Assembly (NCBI GenBank): GCA_963674755.2
Contig: CAXXVS010000002.1
Coordinates: forward strand, 2,542,730 to 2,606,729
DNA from: Desulfobacterales bacterium
GTDB taxonomy: Bacteria; Desulfobacterota; Desulfobacteria; Desulfobacterales; UBA5852
Length of the DNA: 64,000 nt
Direction: 5' to 3'
Positions 10,086 to 19,649 of the stretch are shown one piece after another. The translations under genes and the position numbers were made by a program. The number at the start of each line of letters is the position of its first letter. The stretch's first letter is position 1. The notes beneath the pieces were generated by a model. That model made no database searches. It worked only from the letters and a program-made list of their open reading frames with translations, and was not told the DNA's origin.

Positions 10086-13000
10086 CAGGAGCAACCCCTT
10101 ACAGTGATGGCGATGGTATCGATTGCTTGAACCCCTTCGGTGGTGGTGATGGTGGCCTTGATCTCGTAGAATCCCCCAGGCCAATATGAGCCATCCCCGC
10201 AATTCACCCTGAAGTTGGAGCCGTCGATGACGGTGACCGGGCAGGTGAGTCCGGCCCAGGGCGCATCCACGGTAATGTCGCCCAGCGTTCCGCTGCCGGT
10301 ACTGTAGGTCCCCGTCACCGTCAAGTTGTTGCACTGGTCCAAATTTCCCTGGGACGGCGACGTAATGGTGATGGCGGGCGGCGTAAAGGAAACCGTGCGG
10401 AAGATGTATCCCGCCGCCGATCCTCTTGCGCCGTTGCTGTCCGCTCCGCTCACCTCGATGGTGTTGGCGCCGTCCGCCAGTGTCACCGTGGCTTCGAAAC
10501 GGCCGCCATCCCGGTTGAAGGCCACGGGCCCCTGAAGCACGCCGTTGACGCGGATCTCCATCCAGTCGATGAACTCGGCCTCGCTTGCAACGATGCCCTG
10601 CACGCGGACGCTGCCGGCCGTGGTGGTGGGGGGCATGCGGTCCAGGGTAATCGTCAGACCCGCATCGATGGGAATGGATGGCTGGTAAATCGGCAGCTTC
10701 AGGGGCAAAACAAATTCTTCCCCCGGCCCGCAATCGAGGGTGAGGTCCAAATAGGCTTCATAGGGATCGCTGATGGTCTTCTCCAGGATGTCCCTGCCGA
10801 TGTCGAGGTCAAATCCTTTCATGGGAACCACGGTGCTGCCGGGCACCATAAGGCCGTAATCCACACTTGCGGTTTCCACCCGGATGTCGGTGTCCTCGGA
10901 CGTCAGGCGGCCGATACAGGCCAGATCATCATCGGTGTCGTTGTGCAGGGTGATGAAAAGCCGCACCAGCTCGCCGGGATTGGCCTGCCCGTCGCCGTTT
11001 TGATGCTCGAGCTCCATCAGCGTCAGATTTTCAATAAAAAGGTCCTGGCCGCCGCTCTGATAGGCTGTGGTGATCTCGGCAGCCCTCGTGAAGCGCAGGC
11101 TGTCGCGGGCCTGGTTGCCGTGGCTGTCCGTGGCCGTGATTTCAGCCCGATGGGGACCATCGGACAACTCCAGGGGACCGTCCACCGCAAAGTAGCCGCT
11201 GGCCGGATCGAAGTAGAAATGGGATGGATCCAGGGGCTGACCGTCGATGATCAATGACAGACCGCCGATGTCCAGATCGCCCCCCATATCGATGATCATG
11301 GCGGTCAGGGCCGGCCCGCCGATTTGCCGCACCGCATCGGGCATCACCTTGAAGTCGTAGATGTAGGGGGCCAGCTTAAAATCGAAAGCCGCCGTTGTTT
11401 CGGCCCAGAGGCCTGTGGCGTCCGTGGCCCGGAAACGGGCCAGGTGCGGACCTTCCCCCACCCCGGCCGCATAACCGGCTTTGTAGTCGAACCGGCTGCG
11501 CCAGTCAGCGTCGGGCCTATTGGAGTAGAGGGTAAGGGGCTGGAGCACCTGCTCATCCAGCCACAAGGTGGTTTTCTCGGGAACAATCCGGGAGTCGTCC
11601 CTGGCCTCGCCCGTCATGAAGGCGGAAGCATTCACGCCATTGCGGGTCGTCGACTGATTGGACGCCTGGGTTTCGGCCGTCAGGCTTACGTCAGGGGGAT
11701 CACGCGGTATGACAACGTCGATATCGACAAAGCTGCGGTTGCCCGCCTTGTCCCTCGCGTAAATCCGGAATGAAAAAAACTCTCCCTTGGGGGGTGGCGT
11801 GAACTTGCTGGTGAGAATGCCGTTTTGAAAAGTGAAATCCGGTTGGCGGCCTGCGTTGCTGCTCCGGTAGTCCCAGTGAGCGATGCTGTTGGCGGAATCG
11901 CTGCTGACGTTCATATCGATCTCAAGCTCGGACAGGGGCATGCCGTGATCGTGGATGGAAGCCTTCAGAACCTGTGTTCCCGCATCGAACGAGGGCCGGA
12001 TGACCGGCGCCAGGATGTCGCGCTCCTCGGCATGGCATTGTGTTATGACCCCTCGTCCCAGTGAGAGCCCGCATGTAAAACCCGCATTGCGCATGGGGAT
12101 GTTGCGGTTGCCGGCCCGGGCCATGACGATGTAATAAAATGGTCGGCCTTTGTTTGTATTTTGCGTGCCCGTCATGGCAAGGGAGGTGCCCCCCGCCCCC
12201 CCTCCGGATGGCAGGGCCATGGGCTCATAAAGCCGCTTGTCGTAGCTCTCTCCCACGATCTCCACATACAGGGGCAACTGCTTCGAGACCGCCTTGGCAC
12301 TTTCTTTGATGTTCGCGGGATCCAGGGAGCGCAGCTGGACCAGAACCAGGGATTCCGGGCTGCTGTTGAGCGGCACGAATTGACCGTTGCGGTAATAGCC
12401 CCAGGTCATGACGTCCTGGCAAATTTTCACGATGGCTTTACCCTCACCGGTCGTTCCTATGATCTGATCTACACCCTTTGTATTCGGGCTGTAGCTGTAA
12501 GTCTTGTGTACCGTTGCCTCCGTGCTCTCCTGGGTATCCTCTTGCGGTTCGGCCTCTCCGAATACCTGGCAGCTATCCGTCGTGGTCTGTTTGGCCAGAT
12601 CCGTCACGCTCAAACTCGCGGTCTGCACGGAAACCGGTGTGAAGGGCAACTCGGCGGTAAGTTCTCCCGTCTGGGAATCGAACTCCGCATCCAGACGCAT
12701 ACCGGAAAGCCAGAGGGCGATGGAAAGATCCTCCGGAGGGGTCCCCTCATCCTCAATCCTGGCATTTAGGGTGTTGGCCTCTCGGTCGTAACGGAAGCTC
12801 TCGATCTCCGGCGGATCCAGGCAGACCACGACATCGCCTTCGGTTGTCATGGTGCGGCTGGTGGCGCCCGCACCGCCCGTGAGGTCCCAAAATTGGGCGT
12901 TTTTGTGGGCAGCGGCGATTTTGTAATGCACCGTTCCCTCCCGGGCCGGCCCCTGGGCCACGCAGGCCTCCCCCTGGCGCTCGAACCAGTATTTTCTTCC

Positions 13001-14497
13001 TAGAAACGCGAACCAGGAAGCACCCGTGTCCATCATTTCGATGGGGGCGGCCCACACTTGAGCGATAAGCTGATCGCCTTCCTGTTCCACCCGCAGGTTG
13101 AACGGTTCGGCGGCGGTTTCTAAATAAACCGGGATGGAAATGGTCTCGTAGGTATAGATAAACGCGTCTTCCGCTATGTGATAATAGGTGTTGTCTTCAA
13201 TATCGTAGACGTCCTTTTGCTGCTGGGCTTCACAATAATCGACCTTCGACGGGTCGATACGGCAGGATACGGGGACCGTTACCAGGAGGGCGTCGATCTG
13301 GTCGCCCATGGCGGCGGGATTGACCTGATGGATCGTGAACGATACGCGGCTGTCCTTGAAATCGCTGTCTTCCAATTTGTGAGCGATGATATTGCCGGAT
13401 GTGCTTTGAATCTCGATGCGATCACTGACAGCCTTTTGAAAAAAGGCGTTCATGGTGACCACTTCGGATTCCGTTTCCTTGTCGATCGCCTCCCATTGAC
13501 GCATGAGTTCGCGTACTTTTTCGGGATAAGAATAGTTCTTGCCGTAGCAGCCGCGGGTAAACACATCGAGCTGCCTGTCACTTCCCACGGTCAGGGCCAT
13601 GGCGCTGAAAGCGGGCTGCACAAGGAATTCCATCTCCGTTTCGATATAGGTCTCCCGCCCCTTGCATTTATAAATTTCGAAAACCGGGGACACGAGACTC
13701 CGGATGGTGAATGTTTCGCTGGCCTGTGCCACGTTACCGGCCCGATCCTGCAGGGATACCGAAACGGTGAAACTTGAATCGTGCGCGGCGGCGCCGTCGG
13801 GAAAGGCCACGAAAACCGTCAGACTGAGCTCGTTCGCATCGAAAGAGAAAATCCTGTCTTGAAGCGATGCGCCGCTGACCACCACGTTCAGGGCGCACTC
13901 CACCGGGTCGATGGACACGCCCGAACCTTCCTCCGGGTCGGTGATCCGAAAGCGGACCGCTCCGGCGGTGCGGGGGAAGATATCCCCCTCGGGTTCCACC
14001 CGCTCGATGAGGGGGGGCTTGGAATCCACGAAAATGAGCAGTTCTTTACGGTCCTTCTGGCTGCCCTCGCGGGTAAGGGTCTTGACCGCACCCCGGTGCC
14101 GGCCGTCGGCCAGGCCCGGTAGCTTGCCGCTCAAGTCCATTTGTCCGCCCTGCCCGGGCGCAAGTTGAATTGCAATCGCGTTGTCGTTGGCCGTGGCCTC
14201 CACCAGAGAGGGATCATCGGGAACGGCGCCGGGGGTCTGATCGGGGACCAGCGTCGCCGCCACCGCATCCCGGCCGGAGTTGACATAGACCACTTGGTCG
14301 CTAGGGGGATCCGCGGCCCAAAGCCCATGGGGACAGGCGCAGCCAACGGCTAAACCAAGCAGCAGTGCCATCCTGAGCCTGGCGGCTGTCCATCGCAACC
14401 GGGCTATGGCACGGCAAACGGAACTGAAAACGCCGGATGCTATGGCCGGCAAGAAACATCTGCGGACACTTTGCGGGAATCGTCGATACGGGGTCAT
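10085..14497 (-). CDS. Large (1,470 aa) exported multi-Ig-like-domain protein
   Basis: Hydrophobic signal segment; repeated D-x-x-PP-x-I and D-x-AGN Ig motifs (VDSKPPLI, QDRAGN, RDKAGN, TDSHGN), NGDGQANPGE, LADGANTIEV; acidic. Confidence 0.8.
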   Translation of the reverse strand: MTPYRRFPQSVRRCFLPAIASGVFSSVCRAIARLRWTAARLRMALLLGLAVGCACPHGLWAADPPSDQVVYVNSGRDAVAATLVPDQTPGAVPDDPSLVEATANDNAIAIQLAPGQGGQMDLSGKLPGLADGRHRGAVKTLTREGSQKDRKELLIFVDSKPPLIERVEPEGDIFPRTAGAVRFRITDPEEGSGVSIDPVECALNVVVSGASLQDRIFSFDANELSLTVFVAFPDGAAAHDSSFTVSVSLQDRAGNVAQASETFTIRSLVSPVFEIYKCKGRETYIETEMEFLVQPAFSAMALTVGSDRQLDVFTRGCYGKNYSYPEKVRELMRQWEAIDKETESEVVTMNAFFQKAVSDRIEIQSTSGNIIAHKLEDSDFKDSRVSFTIHQVNPAAMGDQIDALLVTVPVSCRIDPSKVDYCEAQQQKDVYDIEDNTYYHIAEDAFIYTYETISIPVYLETAAEPFNLRVEQEGDQLIAQVWAAPIEMMDTGASWFAFLGRKYWFERQGEACVAQGPAREGTVHYKIAAAHKNAQFWDLTGGAGATSRTMTTEGDVVVCLDPPEIESFRYDREANTLNARIEDEGTPPEDLSIALWLSGMRLDAEFDSQTGELTAELPFTPVSVQTASLSVTDLAKQTTTDSCQVFGEAEPQEDTQESTEATVHKTYSYSPNTKGVDQIIGTTGEGKAIVKICQDVMTWGYYRNGQFVPLNSSPESLVLVQLRSLDPANIKESAKAVSKQLPLYVEIVGESYDKRLYEPMALPSGGGAGGTSLAMTGTQNTNKGRPFYYIVMARAGNRNIPMRNAGFTCGLSLGRGVITQCHAEERDILAPVIRPSFDAGTQVLKASIHDHGMPLSELEIDMNVSSDSANSIAHWDYRSSNAGRQPDFTFQNGILTSKFTPPPKGEFFSFRIYARDKAGNRSFVDIDVVIPRDPPDVSLTAETQASNQSTTRNGVNASAFMTGEARDDSRIVPEKTTLWLDEQVLQPLTLYSNRPDADWRSRFDYKAGYAAGVGEGPHLARFRATDATGLWAETTAAFDFKLAPYIYDFKVMPDAVRQIGGPALTAMIIDMGGDLDIGGLSLIIDGQPLDPSHFYFDPASGYFAVDGPLELSDGPHRAEITATDSHGNQARDSLRFTRAAEITTAYQSGGQDLFIENLTLMELEHQNGDGQANPGELVRLFITLHNDTDDDLACIGRLTSEDTDIRVETASVDYGLMVPGSTVVPMKGFDLDIGRDILEKTISDPYEAYLDLTLDCGPGEEFVLPLKLPIYQPSIPIDAGLTITLDRMPPTTTAGSVRVQGIVASEAEFIDWMEIRVNGVLQGPVAFNRDGGRFEATVTLADGANTIEVSGADSNGARGSAAGYIFRTVSFTPPAITITSPSQGNLDQCNNLTVTGTYSTGSGTLGDITVDAPWAGLTCPVTVIDGSNFRVNCGDGSYWPGGFYEIKATITTTEGVQAIDTIAITVRGCS

Positions 14498-14700
14498 AGG
14501 CTCGGCATTCGATAAGGTTGAGACCCCTTAGGGGGTCAGACAGGATAAACCGGGTGGCGCCATTGCATGGCGCACGTCCCCGGCGCGCCCCTGGTGATGG
14601 GTGCCCCTGTCACCTGGTGCGCATGATGAAGTGGTCTTGAAGGCGCGTCAGCGTAATGGCCGGACAGCCGTCCTTCGATCCGATAACGACTCTGTCCATG

Positions 14701-14716
14701 GCAAAATGAGTGCCAA
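14701..14716 (-). promoter_or_regulatory. Putative sigma-54 promoter for the Ig/beta-barrel/TPR operon
   Basis: Minus strand TTGGCACTCATTTTGC matches TGGCAC-N5-TTGC, ~200 nt upstream of 14497. Confidence 0.7.
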
Positions 14717-15177
14717 CTCCCCCTACGCAGAATGATTAACGGGACGCATGGGTCCCCGTGGACGAGGCATAGATGGCGGTCGACTCCGGGGAACCAAAGG
14801 CAGGTTAGCGTGGAAAATCAGAACCATATTTTGACGGTGGGGTGTTCAAGTTTATCCCTCCAAGGGGAATCGCGGCATGATCAAAAAAAAGTTTTCTGCC
14901 CGACAGCTTGCTTTCCGCAAACCGTGGCAAGGTTGTTCAGGCTGGCTGTCCGCCCTGTAAGATGGGCGGCCTGCCTTGCAAAATGGGCACCGGTGGCAGG
15001 CAAAATCGTGTTCGCGGGCCGGCCGTCTCGCCATCCGAGAACTTGTCCACAGCCGTCACCTAACGGATGATCTTGCAGAAACATATCTGGTAGGCACGAT
15101 AAAACCGCCCCGAAAGCGATGACGATAAAAAGCTCAAGATATCGGCAGCAATAACCGATAAGATTTCCAAGTCTGTT

Positions 15178-15606
15178 ATGTCAGCCCTTTTGAGGAGGTC
15201 CACAACGAAACGCATGAAAGTCGATGTAACGGTAATCGCAGAGTTTCCGGAAGGTATGTCCCATGAGGTCATCGCCAAGCTGGCCAAAGCCACCCGACAT
15301 CCCGCTGCTTCCCAAAAAACCACAGTAAGCTGTGACGGCCTCAAATGCCTTCCAGGCCGCCCACCCCGCCGCCGTGTGGCCTGGGAAACGGACGGCATCG
15401 ATTTCAAACATGCCATCCCGGATGAGGTCTTTCATGCCCGCATTCAGGCCGCAGCCAAATATGGCATTAAACTGCAACGCACGATCCGCAGGGGGGAGAA
15501 CGACGAAACCGACAGCCCCGGAAGGGGCCAGAACGTCTTTTGGACTTGGGGCGAGGGTGATCTCATGGAACTTGCTCCGCCGCCGCTGCCGAACACCGCC
15601 CCCTAA
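15178..15606 (+). CDS. Hypothetical protein
   Basis: 142-aa ORF filling the gap; GAGGAGG ahead of an alternative start MKVDV; no recognised domain. Confidence 0.45.
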   Translation: MSALLRRSTTKRMKVDVTVIAEFPEGMSHEVIAKLAKATRHPAASQKTTVSCDGLKCLPGRPPRRRVAWETDGIDFKHAIPDEVFHARIQAAAKYGIKLQRTIRRGENDETDSPGRGQNVFWTWGEGDLMELAPPPLPNTAP

Positions 15607-15682
15607 GATTCTGAAACGCGCGACGTGATCGCCCCATGGCGTCGCCCCTCTCATTTTGATCGTGCCGGCAGCGGGTTGGCCA

Positions 15683-15754
15683 CCGCCAAGGACATCGAGG
15701 GGGAAGACGACATCACCGAGCGCAAAGCCCTGCTAGGCACAATCGGCTGCGAGC
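15683..15754 (+). pseudogene. Remnant of the 3' end of an adenosine-specific kinase family gene
   Basis: 57/72 nt identical, ungapped, to 21343-21414 (manual alignment); AKDIEGEDDITERKALLGTIG vs AKGIEGEEDIAKRKALLRTIG. Confidence 0.8.
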
Positions 15755-15974
15755 GATCAGGGCAAGCGCCACCCCTTATACCCCCACGCCGACCTCTATC
15801 GCCATACCGCGGGGAATGCTCCCCAACCTCTTTTCGGGCTCCCGCCGCAACCACCCCCAAACGCCCCGAATCACGAAAATTACGGTTCCCAAATGCACTG
15901 TAACATGCTAAGATATATCTCATAAAAAATTTACGGCACTCTCTTCCGAAACCATTCTTAATTGAATTGAAACG

Positions 15975-17633
15975 ATGCGCCCCATGTCCAATGCCGTGAA
16001 GAAGTCTTTCGGCTGGGGGTTACCGGTTATGCTGGCCATCGGCTGGCTGGTCGCTGCCCTGCCGGCGATGGCGGCCGAAGCGCCCCGGCGGTATATCAGC
16101 CTTGTCAGGGAATTGGACGCACCCACGGCCCGGGCCAAGGTGGAAGCCCTGCAGCCCTTCCTGGCATCCGATATCTATTTACCGGAAATCGATATCCAGC
16201 ATCCGGACGACGGCGCCCTGTTCCCGCCGAACATGGCCGCCCCCCATATTTTCTGGAACGATCCCTTCCTGCTTTCCGACACCTGGCTCGTTGTCATGGA
16301 GGCCCGCAACGGTGCACGAGTATGCTGCTTTACCGACCGGCCGCGCTGGGTGCCGGATCGGTCCACCTGGGCATGGCTCCGGCAGCAGGCCGGCCACGAC
16401 CCGACGGGGTTAACCGTTATCGGCTTGGCCCGATCCACCGACCTGCACCCGGTAACCCGCACCCACATCACATTTACGATATCACCGGACCCCTTCGACG
16501 GCCTCATCTTCTTCAAACAGACGCGGCTTCCTTTTTTGCGGGCCCGGGAACATCCGGAACAGGCCCGCTGGGTGCTGGCCGACATCGCCGACGATGGGCC
16601 GCCGCAAATCGTCCTGGAAGGGGTCGGCACCTGCGCCCATTGCCACACGTTCTCGCCGGACGGCCATATGTTCGGAATCGATATTGATCGTAACGGCGAC
16701 AAGGGGGGCTTTCTGCTGGCCCCAACCGCCCCCCGGATGCAGCTTGGTACTGCGCACTATCTCTCCTGGAACAGTTACCGCCCGCAGGACGGCCGCTCCA
16801 GCATGGGGCTGTTCACCAAAATATCACCCTGCGGGCGCTACCTGATCAGCACGGTCAAGGAAACATCACTGTTTGCCATGTTGCCGGATCTCGCCTTTTC
16901 ACAGCTTTTTTTCCCGCTGGAGGGCCGTCTGGCCGTTTATGATCAGGCGGCCGGCCGATTCTGGGTGCTGCCGGGCGGTGACCTAAACGATGCGGTGCAA
17001 ACCTGCCCGGAGTGGAGTCCGGACGGGAAGACGATCATGTTTGCCAGGGCCCCTGTGAACGCTGCCCTGGCCAAGCAGATGCAGGCTAAAAAATTTCTGG
17101 AACCGGCCAGGGGGGAAACCATCGCCGATCTCAACCGGCGCTATCGCATCCGGTTCGACCTCTACACCTTGCCGTTCAACAACGGACGCGGGGGCACCCC
17201 CCGGCGGTTGGAGGGCGCCAGCAGCAACGGCCGCAGCAATTTCTTCCCGCGCTACTCTCCCGACGGGCAATGGGTGGCTTTCAACCAGAGCGCCACAGGA
17301 CTGGTCCTGCAACCGGACAGCGCTCTCTACCTGGTTCGCTCACAGGGCGGTCCGTCGCGGCGCATGCGCTGCAACACCGGACGGATGAACTCCTGGCACA
17401 GTTGGTCGCGCAACAGCCGCTGGCTGGTATTCGCCTCCAAAGCCATGAGCGCCTATACGGAACTACTTCTGACCCATGTGGATGCGGCGGGCAACGACAG
17501 CCCGCCGGTGGCGCTGAACCGCCTGAACCAGGAAGGGTTTGCGGCCGTGCTCCCAGAAGTCATTCCGCGAACATCCATGCCGCTGGAAAAAATTCGATTT
17601 GAAGAAGGTTTCTTCAGAAAAATCTCAAACTAA
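15975..17633 (+). CDS. Exported TolB/PD40-like beta-propeller with a CxxCH motif
   Basis: Signal peptide; PEWSPDGKTIMF, PRYSPDGQWVAF, HSWSRNSRWLVF repeats; CAHCH. Confidence 0.8.
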   Translation: MRPMSNAVKKSFGWGLPVMLAIGWLVAALPAMAAEAPRRYISLVRELDAPTARAKVEALQPFLASDIYLPEIDIQHPDDGALFPPNMAAPHIFWNDPFLLSDTWLVVMEARNGARVCCFTDRPRWVPDRSTWAWLRQQAGHDPTGLTVIGLARSTDLHPVTRTHITFTISPDPFDGLIFFKQTRLPFLRAREHPEQARWVLADIADDGPPQIVLEGVGTCAHCHTFSPDGHMFGIDIDRNGDKGGFLLAPTAPRMQLGTAHYLSWNSYRPQDGRSSMGLFTKISPCGRYLISTVKETSLFAMLPDLAFSQLFFPLEGRLAVYDQAAGRFWVLPGGDLNDAVQTCPEWSPDGKTIMFARAPVNAALAKQMQAKKFLEPARGETIADLNRRYRIRFDLYTLPFNNGRGGTPRRLEGASSNGRSNFFPRYSPDGQWVAFNQSATGLVLQPDSALYLVRSQGGPSRRMRCNTGRMNSWHSWSRNSRWLVFASKAMSAYTELLLTHVDAAGNDSPPVALNRLNQEGFAAVLPEVIPRTSMPLEKIRFEEGFFRKISN

Positions 17634-17675
17634 CAGGATCCATCAACCGGGCACTGCCTAACCAAGGGAGGTCTT

Positions 17676-18332
17676 ATGCGAAAATTGCTCTACGGCACCT
17701 TGACTCTGTTCCTCTTGATGACGCTTTCCGGCCTTCCGGCGTACGGTTACGGGGGCGGCGGGGGTGGGGGCGGGGGTGGGAGCGGTAGTGGCGACGGCAG
17801 TGGAGCGGACGCCAACATGACGGATCTGGCAAACGGCGAGACCAGCAACCCGCCGGTCGGGTTTACCCCGCTTCCTCTTGATGAAAACTACATCACCGAG
17901 CTGTCCCCCGAACAGACCGCCAGCACCGACCGGACGGCTATCACTGGGGAACCGGAGACCCTGTCGCCGGAAGAATTGCAGCAATTGCAGGCCGCCTTCG
18001 ACTTCATCATGATCACAACCGGCGGCATCATATTGGGATATTCCACGGCAGCGGCAGGGTGGACCGTCCTGGGGCAGGCCACCGCCTCGGGCGCCTATGC
18101 CGGCCTGACAACCTACGCCACAAGCGATGATGATAAGGCGGCAGGGAACACCACCAAAGCGACCATCCAGGACTTTATAATCGGCTTTATCCCCGTCAAC
18201 CCGATAGGGCAGGCGGCGATCAGCCAAGGGGTCAACAAGCTCAGAGAAGTCCTCCCCGAACCAAGCTTCAACCGTGATCGCGCCTCGCTGGCAACCCTGC
18301 AGAGGAGCTTTGATCCCCACTATGCCTGGTAA
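17676..18332 (+). CDS. Exported Gly-rich protein with a hydrophobic Gly/Ala-rich region
   Basis: GGAGG RBS; signal peptide; poly-Gly then GSGSGDGSG; hydrophobic segment FIMITTGGIILGYSTAAAGWTVLG. Confidence 0.75.
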   Translation: MRKLLYGTLTLFLLMTLSGLPAYGYGGGGGGGGGGSGSGDGSGADANMTDLANGETSNPPVGFTPLPLDENYITELSPEQTASTDRTAITGEPETLSPEELQQLQAAFDFIMITTGGIILGYSTAAAGWTVLGQATASGAYAGLTTYATSDDDKAAGNTTKATIQDFIIGFIPVNPIGQAAISQGVNKLREVLPEPSFNRDRASLATLQRSFDPHYAW

Positions 18333-18362
18333 ACTGACGCATTCTTTCAGGAGGAAGGCTGA

Positions 18363-19613
18363 ATGAAAACCGATTTCCGCAACCATCTGCACTTCGCTCT
18401 GGTGGTGTGCCTGATCGCCTTCTGGTTGGCAGCGCCAGCCTTGGCATCGGATGTCAATGATCCCCGGGCCCGCCAATTGGCACTGGCCATCGGCTACGCG
18501 ATGAGCGGGCAGCAAGACTGCCTCTCCGCTATTGAGGAGGTAGAAACAGGCGCCGTGTTGCAACGGATCGATGAAAAGTTGGCCGATCCCGATTTTTACC
18601 TGGCCGGCGCCTATATCCATAGCTTCACGAATACAAATGCCAAGGGCTGTCTGTCCGGTCTGATTTATCACCGGGATGGCTTGAGCCGCATCATCCTGAC
18701 GGGATTCAAAGCCGCCTTTCGGGAAGACGCCCGATTGGCCATCACGCGCCTTGATCTGTCCCCCACCTATACGCCCACCCCCCGCACGTCGCTTTATTTT
18801 GTTCCGGCCGAAAAGGCCTCCGCGGACAGCTTCCGCGGCCTCGCTTTCAAAAAAGCACTGCTGAAGGCCAACCGGCACGCCATCCCATCGGAAGGGCGAC
18901 GGGGCGACAGCCGCCCCAGGGCGTATACCGTGGTGGCCTTCATGATGGACCGCCAACCGCCTGACGTTCAGATGGAGATAGTCCAAAGCACCATTTCCGG
19001 CAGTGCTTCGGGAGCCCGTCGTCATCATGGGCAAAACCAGGACGGATGGTGTTACACGATCCTTCCTGCGACCTTCGCCTACAGCCAGGGAGAGGAAAAC
19101 TTCTTCAATATCTTCCTCCATGTGAATAAAAATCTCTGGCTGGCCAATACTTACTCTACTCACTCCCTGCTCATGCGCACCCAGCAGGCTCTGGCTCAGC
19201 GGGGATATGATCCGGGCCCGGTCGACGGGCAAATGGGCGCCCAAACACGCCGGGCCATCGAGCGTTTCCAGAAGCAACAGGGACTTCCGATGGACGGACA
19301 ACCCTCCCTGGCCTTGCTGGCGCTATTACGGGCGACCGATTGGCCCCCTGCGGTGCCGCTGGTCCAAACATCCCTGACAATGTTGGGTTACGATCCGGGA
19401 CCCATCGACGGCCAGATGGGTCGCCAGACAGCCGGAGCCATCCGTGCCTACCAGAACGCCTGCGGTATGTCGGCCGACGGAAAACTCAGCGCAGGTCTGC
19501 TATGCCATCTGGCCGAAGCCGCCGGCCCCCTGCCGGCCATGACGGGTGGCCAGGGCCTCCGGGTCAAGCGCTTCACCGCCAAGATGTGGCCTAACATGTT
19601 GGGAACCCCCTGA
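18363..19613 (+). CDS. Exported protein with two C-terminal peptidoglycan-binding (PG_binding_1) domains
   Basis: QQALAQRGYDPGPVDGQMGAQTRRAIERFQKQQGLPMDG and QTSLTMLGYDPGPIDGQMGRQTAGAIRAYQNACGMSADG. Confidence 0.85.
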   Translation: MKTDFRNHLHFALVVCLIAFWLAAPALASDVNDPRARQLALAIGYAMSGQQDCLSAIEEVETGAVLQRIDEKLADPDFYLAGAYIHSFTNTNAKGCLSGLIYHRDGLSRIILTGFKAAFREDARLAITRLDLSPTYTPTPRTSLYFVPAEKASADSFRGLAFKKALLKANRHAIPSEGRRGDSRPRAYTVVAFMMDRQPPDVQMEIVQSTISGSASGARRHHGQNQDGWCYTILPATFAYSQGEENFFNIFLHVNKNLWLANTYSTHSLLMRTQQALAQRGYDPGPVDGQMGAQTRRAIERFQKQQGLPMDGQPSLALLALLRATDWPPAVPLVQTSLTMLGYDPGPIDGQMGRQTAGAIRAYQNACGMSADGKLSAGLLCHLAEAAGPLPAMTGGQGLRVKRFTAKMWPNMLGTP

Positions 19614-19649
19614 AAAAGCATAACGGTCCAACAAGCCGGAGGATAGCTG

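Noticed and set aside
10086..10733. N-terminal extension of the 813-aa ORF 8292..10733
   Set aside because: Alternate frame of the Ig protein gene; a signal peptide begins at the ATG at 10085.
15134..15161. Second sigma-28-like promoter (TCAAG..ACCGATAA)
   Set aside because: The -35 box and spacing are off consensus; too weak to call.
17658..19301. 547-aa minus-strand ORF
   Set aside because: Antisense shadow of two plus-strand genes that have RBS, signal peptides and domains.
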